Source of the DNA: Octopus sinensis
Taxonomy: Eukaryota
DNA: 64,000 nt
Direction of reading: 5' to 3'
Assembly: GCF_006345805.1 (NCBI RefSeq)
Contig: NC_043011.1
Coordinates: 682,001-746,000 of the forward strand
The notes under the pieces were generated by a model. That model worked only from the letters and a program-made list of their open reading frames with translations, had not been told where the DNA came from and ran no database searches. The translations under genes were made by a program, and so were the position numbers. Below are positions 37,187-50,904 of the stretch, piece after piece; positions within the stretch are counted from its first letter, which is position 1, and each line of letters opens with the position of its first letter.

Positions 37187-37344
37187 ACCATTTTATGTGT
37201 ATCATTCTTATGGTATTATTAATTTGCATATTAATGTATATTGTTTTGTTCGATTTGGATGTTCCTATTTATATAGTTAATAAATAATATGAAATGGTAA
37301 TATCTGTAAGTTGATGATTGAAATGAATTTGTTCCTCTATTTTC

Positions 37345-37384
<40 letters not shown>

Positions 37385-37444
37385 GTGCAAATAAACAAAT
37401 AAATATGCTTGGACTTGATATATAAAATATGCCTATATATATTT

Positions 37445-38011
37445 AAGCACAGGAGTGGGGGTGTGATAAGAAGCTTGCTTCTCAATCACATGGTTCTGGG
37501 TTCAGTCCCACTGCATTGCACCGTGGGTAAGTATCTACTACTATAGCCTCGGGCCAACCAAAGCTTTGTGAGTGGATCTGGTAGACAGAAACTGAAAGAA
37601 GCCCATCGTATATGTGTGTGTGTGTGTGTATTTGTATCTGTGTTTGTCCCCTCACCATTGCTTGACAACTGATGCTGGTGTGTTTATGACTCTGTATTCT
37701 AGTGATTCGGCAAAAGAGACCGATAGAATAAGTACTGGGCTTACAAAGAATAAGTCCTGGGGTTGATTTGTTCGAGTAAAGGTGGTGCTTCAGCATGGCC
37801 ACAGTCAAATGACTGAAACAAGTAAAAGAATAAAAGAATATATATAGGTGCTGGAGTGGCTGTGTGGTAAGTAGCTTGTTTACCAATCACATGGTTCCGG
37901 GTTCAGTCCCACTACGTGGCACCTTGGGCAAGTGTCTTCTACTATAGCCTCAGGCTGACCAAAGCCTTGTGAGTGGATTTGGTAGACGGAAACTGAAAGA
38001 AGCCCATCGTA

Positions 38012-38055
<44 letters not shown>

Positions 38056-38272
38056 CGTGTATGTTTGTTTGTCTGTGTTTGTCTCCCTAGCATTGCTTGA
38101 CAATCGATGCTGGTGTGTTTATGTCCCCGTCACTTAACGGTTCGGCAAAAGAGACCGATAGAATAAGTACTGGGCCTACAAAGAATAAGTCCCGGGGTCG
38201 AGTTGTTGGATTAAAGGCGGTGCTCCAGCATGGCCACAGTCAAAATGACTGAAACAAGTAAAAAAAAAAAAA
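37445..38272 (+). mobile_element. Head-to-tail pair of CORE-type SINEs (about 37445-37840, 37846-38272)
   Basis: Two full family copies in tandem. Confidence 0.88.
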
Positions 38273-38560
38273 AGACAGATGTAAATATATATAGGGATAT
38301 ATACAGAGAAAAGCAAAACTATATATCCTTATTAATAGTTACATGTATATATGTATATAAGTTTTACATATCAAACCCAAGTATGTTTATTTGTTTAGTT
38401 ATACCATTATCTACATATCAGCTAACTGGGTTCCTCTTGTAGCCACTGATTACTCTGCGAACCTAGTCTTCAATAAAAATTTTGGAGTGTAAGTTCAAAT
38501 CATTTGAGCTCCACTGTTTTCTATAACAAGCAACTCTGCATCTCACCTGTTGACTATATA

Positions 38561-38599
<39 letters not shown>

Positions 38600-38778
38600 T
38601 TTATGATAAAAGCTCTTGTCATGTGATATTTAGATATATTCTGAGTTGAAAGGTAAAGTCGACTTTATCTTTTTTTCTTCTAAGATTGAATAAATAATTA
38701 CCTGGGGAGATGGTGATGTGATGGAGCATCCATTCCACTACCAAACATTAAATGCACAGCCTTGTGCTAATGTTAATG

Positions 38779-38824
<46 letters not shown>

Positions 38825-38825
<1 letters not shown>

Positions 38826-39080
38826 GGAATGTCAGAAACATCTTGATAACATCTCAGGAGACCCATCTCTCATAGAAATCCAAGATTGTGTTGACAAGTA
38901 CCCCCAACATCCTTAGAAAACCCTATCAACTTAAATTAAATGTTTTGTGTTGTATTATATGAATGTATTTCTGTACTGGACTCCCCCACATTCTCTCCTC
39001 AATTTTTCAATTACATCTGAACATTTCTTAACCTTCATTTGACCTGGCAAGTGATTGAATCAAACACTCAGATTAAAACG
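38825..39080 (+). mobile_element. Old R4/Dong-type 3' fragment between (TAA)n arrays
   Basis: Degenerate ISGDPSLIEIQ and IVLTSTPNILRK, comparable to IPGNPKMAEVQKIVLMGTAHILRK. Confidence 0.55.
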
Positions 39081-39130
39081 TAATAATAATATTAACAACC
39101 ACAATAATAATAATAATAATAATAATGATG

Positions 39131-39169
<39 letters not shown>

Positions 39170-39170
<1 letters not shown>

Positions 39171-42100
39171 GGGAGAAGGCGGCTGGACGTGACAGAGGAT
39201 GGACGTATTTTTACGATGCTCTGAACTGGCAACAGCGAACCCAGCAGGTCAACTGTAGAAAACTGGAAGATCTACTGTTTTCTGTAAGTAATTTGAATTA
39301 CCCTCAAAATAAGTAAAAAAAACAACTTACATATCTACAGCTCATACAAACGTACACCTAACAAGAAAAATTAGAAACATACATATCTCCAATTCTGTGT
39401 GAACATTTACATTTAGTCGTCTCTCATGACTATAAGAATGTGTAAAATTGCCTTTTAAATTACCTTTTATTGTAACAACACAATTAAATGCACGATAAAA
39501 AGTTATGGAATTAAGCACCTACTACTATATACATACAACTGAATTCAGAAATTTAAAAATATATACATAACATTGAACTCAGAAAGTTATTTAAAAAAAA
39601 GAAAAAAAAAATCTTCGACGAAAACATCAGATAATATGTGTGAGTGAATATACATATATATACATATACATATGCATGTGGTGAAGAAGAAAAGAGAAAG
39701 GGGAAAAAAATAAATAAATAAATAAACGTAAACAGGTTTGACCTTTTACTGACCATTAACGTCCTTTGTCTCCACCATCTACCGTGGCTATTTATAGACC
39801 CAAAGAACATGAATTCTTTAACCACCCATTCTCCAACACAATGGAGTGTTGATGGTGGCTGTGGCTACACATTGAAGATGATGATGGTGATTGTGATGTT
39901 GCTGATGATGGTGATGGTGGTGAAGATGATAGTAATAACAATAATAACTGACAGATCCCGTCTTTTTCCCTTTCTTTTCGTTTCCTTCTCCGTATTTTAT
40001 TCTCATTATTTCGAACTAATACAGACACAGTAAGCCTTGAAGAAAGGAAGAGGAGGAAAGGAGGGAAAAAAAAAAAAAATGTCCGGAGATAAAACTATCA
40101 ACAAAAAAAATACAGACGAATATAGATCTGCTAGTCTTAAGAAGCGGCGCTATGAGCAATGCTTACATGTAGTGAACCCTAAACTGACAGAGCCATCTCC
40201 TAATATAAGAATGGATGCTCGTCATGCTTCAAGGTCAACAAATCAAACAATAAACCGCATTGGTCATTGCGCGGATTACAAAAGACCACGTACCCGAAAA
40301 TTAAACCAAATCCTGATTGAAAAATCAGTTACTGGATCAAATCTTCCCAACACACAGGAGCTGGACGAACCCCACAACCGGAATATTCCAACAGATGGCC
40401 ATCCATGCTCATCACCAAATAATCAAAAGAAAAAGAAGGAAAAATGGTCTAGGGAAGATAATAAAGAAGTTCTTGAGGCCTTCTACCATGCCATATATTT
40501 CCCCACAGATAAGTCTAGCACTGTACAAGCATACTTAAACTGGAGACAGAAACACCCTGAAGTAAGACCCTACATAGACAGTAACAAACTTGCCAATGTT
40601 AGAAGAAACATTATAAAAAAGAAATTACTGACTGAAGTAGAGATTGATCAGGTTAGACAAGCAATATCGGATAAAATGAACGAAGCTGCAGCTAGAGAAG
40701 ATAATACAGAGGAAATGATTATAGACCAGCCCAGGGCGGATAAAAACGAAGAGAGGATTGAAAGAGTTAGTATAAGTGATAGGCAAAGTGAAATACGCCC
40801 TGAACCAATCATAAACACTAAGACAGATGAGCATCAAATAGATAAAGAAAGTCACACAAATATTGACCCAACAGAACTACATGAGCTAAAAAATCAAATC
40901 ACGATTGAATGGCTGAAAATTAAAGAAACCAGCATGGATGAGCGTGATACACTTCCTAAAATCCGCAACTCTAACCAAAACATGAAAATAATTGGTAAAA
41001 TCCGGCTTGCACTTAAGGATATAATTTCAGTTAATGATGTTGATATCACAAACCTCAACCACCTATACTATGCATCCGCGAAAATCTCAACGATCCTATG
41101 TGGTGTAAAGATTAGAAAACGGCAACAGTCCCACAAAAAGCCTTCTTGGCAAGAGCGTCTGCAACAACAAATTAAAGTATTTAGATCTGACATTGAATAT
41201 TTGAAAAACCTTAAGGCTCACAAGACTACCAAACCTACAAAAACCCAAAAATTACTGAAAAAATACAATATGAAAACTATACTTGATATTGATGCCACCA
41301 TAGAAACCATCAAACAAAAGGTATCTGCCAAAGCTGCCCGCATAGCGAGGTATGAAAAGCGTGTTAGATTTTTCAAGGACAACAACATGTTCAAAAATAA
41401 CACCAAGAATTTTTACAGGAAGATAGGAAAAACAGCGTTTACTGCAGGGTCTGTACCATCAAAAGAAGAAGTGCAGAGATTTTGGAATAAAATCTGGGCA
41501 GAAGAAAAAACACACAACGAAAAGGCCCCCTGGATTGACAGAATATCTACAGAACTGGACCCCTTAGAAGAGCAAAAGTGGGAGGGTGTCAAGGTAGAAG
41601 ATATAAGATCTGCTCTCAGGAGGTCAAGCAAATGGAAGTCTCCAGGAAAGGATAAAATTCCTAACTTCTGGCTGAATGCCTTCCCAGAGAGCCATGAACT
41701 GCTAACAGAACTGTACAATGATGTTTTGCAACACCCTAGTAGGATGCCTCCTTGGCTAGTTAATGGGTTAACATTCCTGCTTCCAAAAAGTGAAGAAACA
41801 AATGAACCAAAAAATTATAGACCCATAACCTGCTTAACAACTATGTACAAAATACTAACATCTGTCCTGACGGAATATACCTATAGTTTTTTAACAGACA
41901 GCAGCATATTCCCTAATGAACAGAAAGGATGTAAACGTGGATCCTACGGCTGTAAAGACCAACTACTCATCAATAAGATGATCTTAGAAGATTGTCACAA
42001 ACGACACAAAAACTTATCAATAGCCTGGATAGACTATAAAAAAGCTTTTGATAGCCTACCACATAGCTGGATTAGGAAATGCCTTGAAATGTATAAGATA

Positions 42101-44115
42101 GCACCAACTCTGCGAAACTTCTTGACTGTAAGTATGAGATCATGGAGAACCACACTAACTCTGAACAGTGACAGTGAATCCCTAAATGCTGGTGATGTAA
42201 AAATTTCGTGTGGCATTTTCCAGGGTGACTCACTGTCACCACTCCTCTTTTGTTTATCCTTAATACCTCTCTCAAAGCTGCTCAATGACGCGCAGTACGG
42301 GTATAAAATGTTTGATAAAAATATAAATCATCTCGTTTACATGGATGATTTAAAGCTTTTTGCAAAAAATGATCAACAACTCAAGGGCTTACTAGCGATA
42401 GTCAAACAATTCAGTGACGACATCAGAATGCAATTCGGCCTCGATAAATGTGCAAAGGCTACCTTTATCAAAGGAAAAATGACAGAAACATCTAACGTTA
42501 ACCTTGACCAACAGAATGTCATAAAAGAACTAGACCCAGCGGAGAGCTACAAGTACCTAGGGGTAATTGAAGGGAACGGAATAAGGCATTCAGAGATGAA
42601 GGAAAGGATCAGGAGAGAATGCTATCGAAGAGTGAGAGCAATACTCAAGACAGAGCTGAATGCAAGAAACAGGATCGAAGCAATCAATGCATTAGCTATA
42701 CCAGTCGTGACTTACAGTTTCAATATTGTTAACTGGTCAATTACTGAAATATGTCAGCTCGACAGAAAAATAAGGAAACTGTTGACAATGCATAGAATGC
42801 ACCACCCTAAGGCAGATACAGAACGACTCTATCTGCCAAGAAAAGAGGGAGGCCGTGGTCTTTTGCAACTGGCAATAACAATGAAGATTGCTACAATTGG
42901 CCTAGACACCTACCTGAAAAACTCTGAGGACTGGATGTTAAAACTTGTCTCAAAACATGAAAACAAGAAAGCATCATACTCAGTCACAAAACAGGCAAAG
43001 GAATATCTAAGTGAATTCCGAATACAACCAATTTCGGAATTAGAGATAGACATACAAGAAACAAGCACAGAAAAAGCTAGGCGCATGAAAACCCGTGCCA
43101 AAACTGCGGCCTTAGATATTCTGAATAATAAATGGCAAGAAAAACCTCTCTATGGCAAATACCCAAAGAGAGCGAATAATGCAGATATCGACAAAGCCCT
43201 GACCCATCAATGGCTAATGGCCTCTGGCTTAAAATCTGAAACAGAGGGGTTTATCATAGCAGCTCAAGATCAATGCCTACCAACAAGAAACTACCAGGCC
43301 AACATATTAAAGATCAGAAGCAGTCCAACGTGTCGTGTATGCAAGCAACAAAATGAAACCATTGACCATGTGGTCTCCAAGTGCAGTCTTCTAGCGCCTA
43401 CAGAGTATCTCAACAGGCACGATAGAGCTGCACAATATATTCACTGGGTAATCTGTAAAAACCTGGATTTGCCCCATGAAAAAAAACTGGTGGGAACACA
43501 AACCACCCCCAGTGCTTGAAAATGACCACATCTCACTCCTCTGGAACTTCACCATTCAAACTGACAGGAAGATAGATGCAAATAGGCCAGACATTATATT
43601 GAAAGACTTCAAACAAAGAACATGCCTCCTCATTGATATGACTGTCCCAATCGATATAAACGTATCTGTCAGGACCTACCAAAAACTGAGCAAATATAAA
43701 GATCTTGAAATAGAAATCAGCAAAATGTGGAAGCTGAAGACTAAAACAATACCTGTTGTCATAGGTGCCCTGGGAATGATAGCAAAAGGGGCTGATAGCT
43801 ACCTAACTCAGATACCAGGAAACCCAAAAATGGCAGAAGTTCAAAAGATAGTGCTCATGGGAACTGCTCATATCCTACGCAAAATACTCTCTATGTAACC
43901 TCAAGGTTTAAAACAACCATAATTTTCGGTTAAAAAAAAAAAAAAAAAAAAAATTTTTTTTTTTTTAGACATTCATTAGTACAACATCCCCACCCCCCAA
44001 ATATATGGCACACTAGGCATAACAACAACATGAACTTCCAACCCTGTTGTCTCTTGAGGTCTCTGGGTGAGACTTGGAGCCAACTTGTACAAATATAAAG
44101 CAAAAGTCAAACATA

Positions 44116-44147
<32 letters not shown>
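39170..44147 (+). mobile_element. Near full-length R4/Dong-clade non-LTR retrotransposon
   Basis: RT plus CCHC plus restriction-like endonuclease ORF, with (TAA)n arrays on both sides. The 5' boundary is uncertain and could lie nearer 40080. Confidence 0.88.
40037..43898 (+). CDS. R4/Dong polyprotein (RT, CCHC zinc knuckle, RLE) with one frameshift at A8 (43479-43486)
   Basis: YRPITCL, WIDYKKAFDS, GIFQGDSLSPLLF, YMDD, RLYLPRKEGGRGL, CRVC-ETIDHVVSKC, RHD, NRPDI, LIDMTVP, KYKDL. The true start is probably an internal ATG (40079 or 40211). Confidence 0.9.
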
Positions 44148-45065
44148 TCATTATCATAATCATCATCATTGTTATCCTTTTTTACTATCATTTCAAAAAA
44201 TATTTCTTTATCATTTTATAAATGCTTTGCTTTCTAAGAAACAAACATATCACACATATGGTCTACTGGAAGTAAATATGTTGAGAGGAGAAAATAAAGA
44301 GACAAAGTGAGAGCTCTCTTTCTCTCTCTCTCTCTCTCTCTCATACATACACTATATATAGCACAGTATACTGTACATTAGTCTCATAAATGTGTGTGTA
44401 TATATAAAAAGAAATATAGGTACCTGGAAATTTCTACCAACATATGATGAGTTGGTGAGACAAAAAATTTGTAATCGGCAAGTTATTGTTAATATTCCTC
44501 AAAAGTTGCTTCCACTTCATAACCACTATTCAACTGATTTTTGCTGTCTTTATCTAGTGCCATGACAACTTTTATTTTTCCTTCTGTCAATAGCAGCTGT
44601 TACTTAGAGAACAGTCAGTGATAGTGTTGCATGCAGCATGGAACTGAATAAAAATGCAAATGTATCAATTTTCATAATTGTGGTGGTGGATATGGTTGTG
44701 GTTGTGTAACTTTTTATTTTTGTTTTGTGCATTTTATTATTATTTTTGTTGTTGTTATCACTGCTGGTGGTGGTGGTGGTTGGTAGAAATATACAAGTGA
44801 AACAAGCTAACCACAATGCTGAAGGAATATGAAAGATGTTTTCTTCTCATTGCTGCACCAAGGTACAAATCTTTCATCTGATTTAGTGGTTTATAATGGA
44901 CTGGATTAAAAGTATTCAGATTCCTTGTTTAGCTTTGTTTGGTACCCTCCCCTTCATTGTACACTGTCATAATCTTGATAGATAACTCACATATTACATT
45001 GTAAAATGTCTGTGTAGTGAGATAAGAGTGCTGGGATACTGCTAAACCTGGAAAATCATAAAATA

Positions 45066-45358
45066 AGCACAGGTGTGACTGTGTGTAAGAACCCAATCAC
45101 ATGTTTCCAGGTTCAGTCCAACTGCATGGCATCTTTAGCAAGTGTCTTCTACTATAGCCTTGGGCCAACCAAAGCCTTGTGAGTGGATTTGGTAGGCAGA
45201 AACTGAAAGAAGCTCACTGTATATATATATATTATATGTAGAAAAATACAACCTGGGACAAGAACATAAAACATTTAGAAGACGATACAAAAAACACAGA
45301 CGGGACATTCGAAGCCTTCAATCTTCAGTCAAGAACCGGATCATCCTAGCAATTTCGG

Positions 45359-45419
<61 letters not shown>

Positions 45420-45478
45420 ATATTTCGGAATGGTCATATTGCCAGTTTAGCCAATATTTAAACAACAAATATTTAAAC

Positions 45479-45522
<44 letters not shown>

Positions 45523-45812
45523 GCTTGTCTTTGTGTCTGTGTTTGTCCCACCACCACCACAACCACTTGACAACCGGTTGCTGGTGTGGTTACATCCCTG
45601 TAACTTAATGGTTCAGCAAAAGAAACTTATAGAATAAGTGCTAGGCTTAAAAGATAATAAATCAGAAAATACTTCTGCCCAAATAAGTTGCTGACCTACT
45701 AGAAGGTAATACTCACACTGCTTTAATATTTGATTTTATTTATTTGATTGAAAACCCTTCAAGGTGGTTGTCCAGCGTGGCTGTAGTCAGATGACTGAAA
45801 CAAGTAAAAGAA
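45066..45812 (+). mobile_element. Diverged CORE-type SINE with two internal insertions
   Basis: Head 45066-45225, body resumes near 45522, tail near 45760-45812; foreign segments at about 45240-45480 and 45660-45750. Confidence 0.75.
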
Positions 45813-46579
45813 TGTCACAACTGCCTTGTTTTTATAAATAAATAAAAGGTTTTGTATGGTTTAGTCTGGATGTTTAGTTATGACTAAAGGTCAATCTGAC
45901 TTATGACTAAAGTTAGCTGATAATAAGAGACTGAGATCAGTATGTTAATGTTCAGAGGCTAGTGAAAACAATTTGTTAATGTTTAACTTGAAAATATGTA
46001 CATAGATGACTGATGCGAAAATATTGATGAGAAATGAATTCTAGAAAATTAGTCCTCACTGGAAGATGAGTTGGGGATTTGGTTAGTGCAGAGTCTAATG
46101 GGGAAAGGGGCACTGTACCATTGACAGAAAGAAAGTTGTATTGGCTGACTTAGACTTAGACTGAGATGAAACTTGCTAGTTCAGTAGATATGTACTGTTT
46201 TAGTAGTGATTAGAAATTTTGAATTTACATTAATTATATATGTCTAAAACAATAAACTCAAATCTCTGGATGTCTGCTATAACAAGATATCATGATTTGC
46301 CTGAATTATCTAAAAGAGATATCACAATAACTTTCATGTATATTTAACCAGAACTCACCTTAAATATTCCTGGCCATGTACAAGCATGCAATGCCACATA
46401 TTAGCATAACACTATCACAGACGAAGTAAATGGTGTGCAAATTGCTGTATTTTTCTGGAACAGGGTTCCAACAATTTCATTAAAAACAGAGTAATTAGGT
46501 CATCTGATAAGATATTCATTTTAAGATATTCAAAGTGTAGTAGAAATACAGTGTGTAGATGTCTTGCAAACAACTTGCA

Positions 46580-46990
46580 CATGCAAATGCTACCAGTCAA
46601 AAGCTCCGTATACCAGGAGCCAGCAAGTGTATGGGGTCATCAGGAGAGAATGCGCGCCGTTTCGGGGCCTACCTCTCGACGGCATCAATGCGCACCGGCC
46701 GCCCCTCACTGATATGAGTCCCCGCTTGCTAGATCAGCTGGTTATCAAATAAAGCTCAATATCCTTCTAGCCATCGCTCATCGTCTCTTTTTAACCAAAT
46801 CCAGTGGCTAGCCTTCTCCACTGTAGATTGGATATCAGTCATGGTGGTATTGATTTTATGATGAGTTAGGCCTAGTGATAACAACAGTCGTCTCACACTG
46901 TGTCCAACGAACCCTCTACATCTGACTTCAATTGGAAAATGTTCCGCTTTCCTGCCTGCATCTTCACATTCCTCAAGGAGGTTTACATTA
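46580..46990 (-). mobile_element. HERO/NeSL-like RLE non-LTR element 3' fragment
   Basis: LLEECEDAGRKAEHFPIEVRCRGFVGHS...VEKASHWIWLKR matches the P-EVG-RGF...AS-WIW-R C-terminal pattern; GC-richer 3' UTR follows. Confidence 0.7.
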
Positions 46991-47099
46991 ACACACATTA
47001 ATTGTGACTATCATTGTCAAAAGCTGATGATAATATAAGATCATTAACACAACAGAAAAGACAGAGGGAGGAAAACAATGAAATTGAAGATTAGAGATT

Positions 47100-47950
47100 G
47101 CCAATGTGTACCTGCATCTTTGGCAATGTGTTGACAGATCCTGTTTTGAAATGATCTAAGATGTTTCCATGCGTTACAACAGTAATACTCCAGATATTAA
47201 AGCAGTGTAAGTATCACCATCTAGTAGGTCAGCAACTTATTTGGGCAGAAGTATTTTCTGATTCTGAAAATGATGTCTTTGAGATTTATTGCAAGAAAAA
47301 CCATTGGAAAGTAGTTTATGTCAGCAATGAATAATATTTACAAGTTCTTCTGTTTATGAAGGCAGTGCAGCTGTAGTATGAGGTCTCTATGTTGTATGTG
47401 AATGACATGTGCTATATACAGTTATTAAGGAGGGAAGAGTGGTATGATCTGCATAAGAGTGGGTTTTATGAAAGGGGACAGGCAAAGAAATAAGAATACA
47501 GATGATATATTTGAACTTTATGGTACATCAGGGTTGATAGTGTGATGGCGTAATTTGGCCAAACACTTCCAATTGAAAGTATGAGATGAACGGGTGAGCA
47601 GTTTAGTTTGGAGTTTCTTCTGTTAGAAATGGCCAAAGACTTTTTCATGTCAAATGTTACTTTCTCAAAGGAAAGGTACTATTGATGAATAACATGTAGG
47701 AGCATGTCGCATGTAAATCTGGTGTACATAACAGGGGTCTTGCCAAATGTGTGCAATGTTTTTTGCTGGATGCAAGATGATCAGAAACACTACTTATAGA
47801 GCTATCATTTTTTCAGGATTGGCAAAGGATTAAATAGATCGATTACATTTTGGGAGCTGGGATTTGTTGGCTGCAGAAAGGCATATTTTGCAATAGTTGT
47901 TGAAAATATTAAAACTAATGCAAAAGAGAATGTTTTATTTTCATGTTCGA
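47100..47950 (-). pseudogene. Old LINE RT remnant
   Basis: KTHSYADHTTL near 47438-47468 resembles the YADD motif; heavily decayed elsewhere. Confidence 0.4.
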
Positions 47951-48045
47951 GGTTGTGTTAGTGTTCAATACTATTGCTGTGTGACTGCATGTAAATCACT
48001 TAACAGTTTAGGGTTGTTGGCTTTGTTTGTGTAGGGATGTAAATA

Positions 48046-48207
48046 AGTGGAGTGGCTGTGTGGTAAGTAGCTTGCTAACCAACCACATGGTTCCGGGTTC
48101 AGTCCCACTGCGCAGCACCTTGGGCAAGTGTCTTCAACTATAGCCTCAGGCCAACCAAAGCCTTGTGAGTGGATTTGGTAGATGGAAACTGAAAGAAGCC
48201 CGTCGTA

Positions 48208-48262
<55 letters not shown>

Positions 48263-48478
48263 ATATATGTGTATGTGTGTGTGTCTATGTTTGTCTCCCC
48301 AACATCGCTTGACAACCGATGCTGGTGTGTTTACATCCCCATAACTTAGCGGTTCGGCAAAAGAGACCAATAGAATAAGTACTAGGCTTACAAAGAATAA
48401 GTCCTGAGGTCGATTTGCTCAACTAAAAGGCATGGCCACAGTCAAATGACTGAAACAAATAAAAGAGTAAAAGAGTAA
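48046..48478 (+). mobile_element. tRNA-derived CORE-type SINE
   Basis: Family match. Confidence 0.9.
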
Positions 48479-48952
48479 GTATGTTGGACAATCATTACTT
48501 TATTTGGAAACGTGTTTTGTTTTTATTTCTAAATGTATCAGTAACTACCAATTGTTTTAATATAATCAATACTAACCATTGCTTTAAAAAAAATCGTCAA
48601 AAGAAGCCTATTAATAATTCTTTGTTCCCTCCCCCCGATACCTGTTTTATCTGCTATCATTCTCAATACCTGTCTCGCCTTCTCCACAGCTCCTACACGT
48701 TACACATTATTCTACCACTTTCTGTTCTGTTGTCCTTCCTGAGTCACTCCCGTATCTTCAATCTCTGGATACGTCTCTGGAATAAAAAAAAAAAAAAGCT
48801 TAGCCCCTTAAATTTATCTAGACCTTAATTTAAATTCATCTGAAACTTAATGATAATAAAATTAAAATTGATACTAAATGGTCAATATTGAGTAAGATAG
48901 CACAATGCCTCAAAGAAACATTGTTTGTGTTTACTTGTAGTCCCCTATATTC

Positions 48953-49330
48953 TTTTCTATTCTAGGCACAAGGCCTGAAATTTTGGGGGAGGGACCAGTA
49001 TGCAACTGGTATTTAATTTATCGACCCCCCCAAATGGATGAAAGGCAAAGTTGACCTCGGCGGAATTTCAAATCAGAACGTAAAGATAAACGAAATACCT
49101 ATTTCTTTACTGCCCACAAGGAGCTAAATATAGAGGGGACAAACAAGGACAGACATAGGTATTAAGTCGATTACATCGACCCCAGTGCATAACTGGTACT
49201 TAATTTATCGACCCCGAAAGGATGAAAGGCAAAGTCGACCTCGGCGGAATTTGAACTCAGAACATAACAGCAGACGAAATACCGCCGAGCATTTCACCTG
49301 GCGTGCTAACATTTCTGCCAGCTCACCACC
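48953..49330 (-). mobile_element. Dimeric Nin/Deu-type SINE
   Basis: The Nin-like core ACTGGTA(C)TTAATTTATCGACCCC...GGATGAAAGGCAAAGT(C/T)GACCTCGGCGGAATTT occurs twice, joined by a linker. Confidence 0.8.
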
Positions 49331-50294
49331 TGTATAGTCCCATATATTGAACAAAAGAAACGACCCTACTTATTTAATAAAACTTTTAAATCCTTCACTT
49401 GAAAATAGATTAATGATTAGAATACATTCGTATTCAAAATCTCATCTGTCATTTCTTGGTCCAATACTTTAAAATCATTTGTGTATTTAATAAGCAAGTA
49501 TAATCAGATAGTTTGTTTAAATCTGTTTATTTAACTTAATATATATCTAACAATAAGATATTCCCTTCAATTTTCCCCAAGTTTCATTTTAACATTTCTC
49601 TATTATCTTAGTTTTCTCCACTGAGCTATTTTCTGGTTATCTTTCTGTTATTTTATTATAACATATTTTATTATATCATATTTTAATGAAATCAGTTTAA
49701 TAGCAATGTCAGCAGTTTTATTAATTGTAAGCTGAATATCTTACTATATAGAGATCAGTGGATAGTTCTCTTTCTTTAAATAGTTCAGGCTGTTCTATCT
49801 CTGTCTATGAATTACAGCATAATATAAATAACTCCCTTCCTTACACAAATATTCAACATCTAGTAGCAATTTTGAAATTATTAGTTAGATTATGGAATTT
49901 CAGCTTCCTTTTCCTGGTCAGATGTGCAAAACTTTGATGCCTACTTTGATAGAGAATTCCCTTCCATGTAACCAGTTTAGCACAGGCTAAATACATCATC
50001 ATCATCATCATCATCACCACCACCACCACCACCACCCTCCTCCTCCTCCCCCATCCCCCCCTCGTCGTCGTCGTCATTTAACACCTGGGTGAAGAGATAA
50101 AAAGATCTAACATTGGTTAGATTTTTAATATCTCCATCCTGAAGATGGAGACCGAATCTACCCAATGTTTATATGCTTTCCTTACTGGCTGCATATTTTT
50201 GTGAACTACATCTGCCAACATCATGAAGTAACTTTGAGCCTCCAGAAACAGCTGGGTTCTCATTCCTAAGGTATTTTTCGATGTTGTTGTTATT

Positions 50295-50700
50295 CAATAC
50301 TGTTCAAGGACAGTATTCAAGAGTAATACAACACTTTGCAAATATCTCCTTCAAATAAAACCACCAATAGAAGAGAATATGATGAAAGACTGCGTGTACT
50401 CCATCCCATGCAACTGTGGTAGGTTATACAAAGGGGAAACATGCTGCCCCCTCAAAATAAGGGTAGAGGAATATCACAGAGCTGTGACATGAAGAGATAT
50501 TGATAAATCGGGTATAGCTGATTGTGTATGGAAAGATGGAGACCACCTCCCCCTGTGGGTTGAAGTTAAAATAATAGACAGAGAACACCACTGGAAAATA
50601 TGAAAACTAAAAGCAGCAGCATATAGGCTAGGACACAACAACCTCCTAAGCAGCCTGAGTGCAGATATGAGTAGCATATGGGAGCCAGTATTAAGGAAGG
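50295..50700 (+). pseudogene. Penelope-like GIY-YIG endonuclease remnant
   Basis: KDCVYSIPCNCGRLYKGETCCPLKIRVEEY...KSGIADCVW...WVEVKIIDREHHWKI*KLKAA. Confidence 0.8.
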
Positions 50701-50904
50701 ATAAGAAAATATTAGATTTATAAGCCCTAAAATTCATTCCATTATTGCCCACGGGCATATGGCATAGTGGTTAAGAGTGCTGCATAATTCCTCATCACTT
50801 AAATATAGAACTGTGTTTTATTTTTGTTGTAATTGTATAATTATTTTCCTTTCTTTTATAGCCAAAAGGCGTTTGTCCATTGTATATGTATAATTCTGTT
50901 TCAT

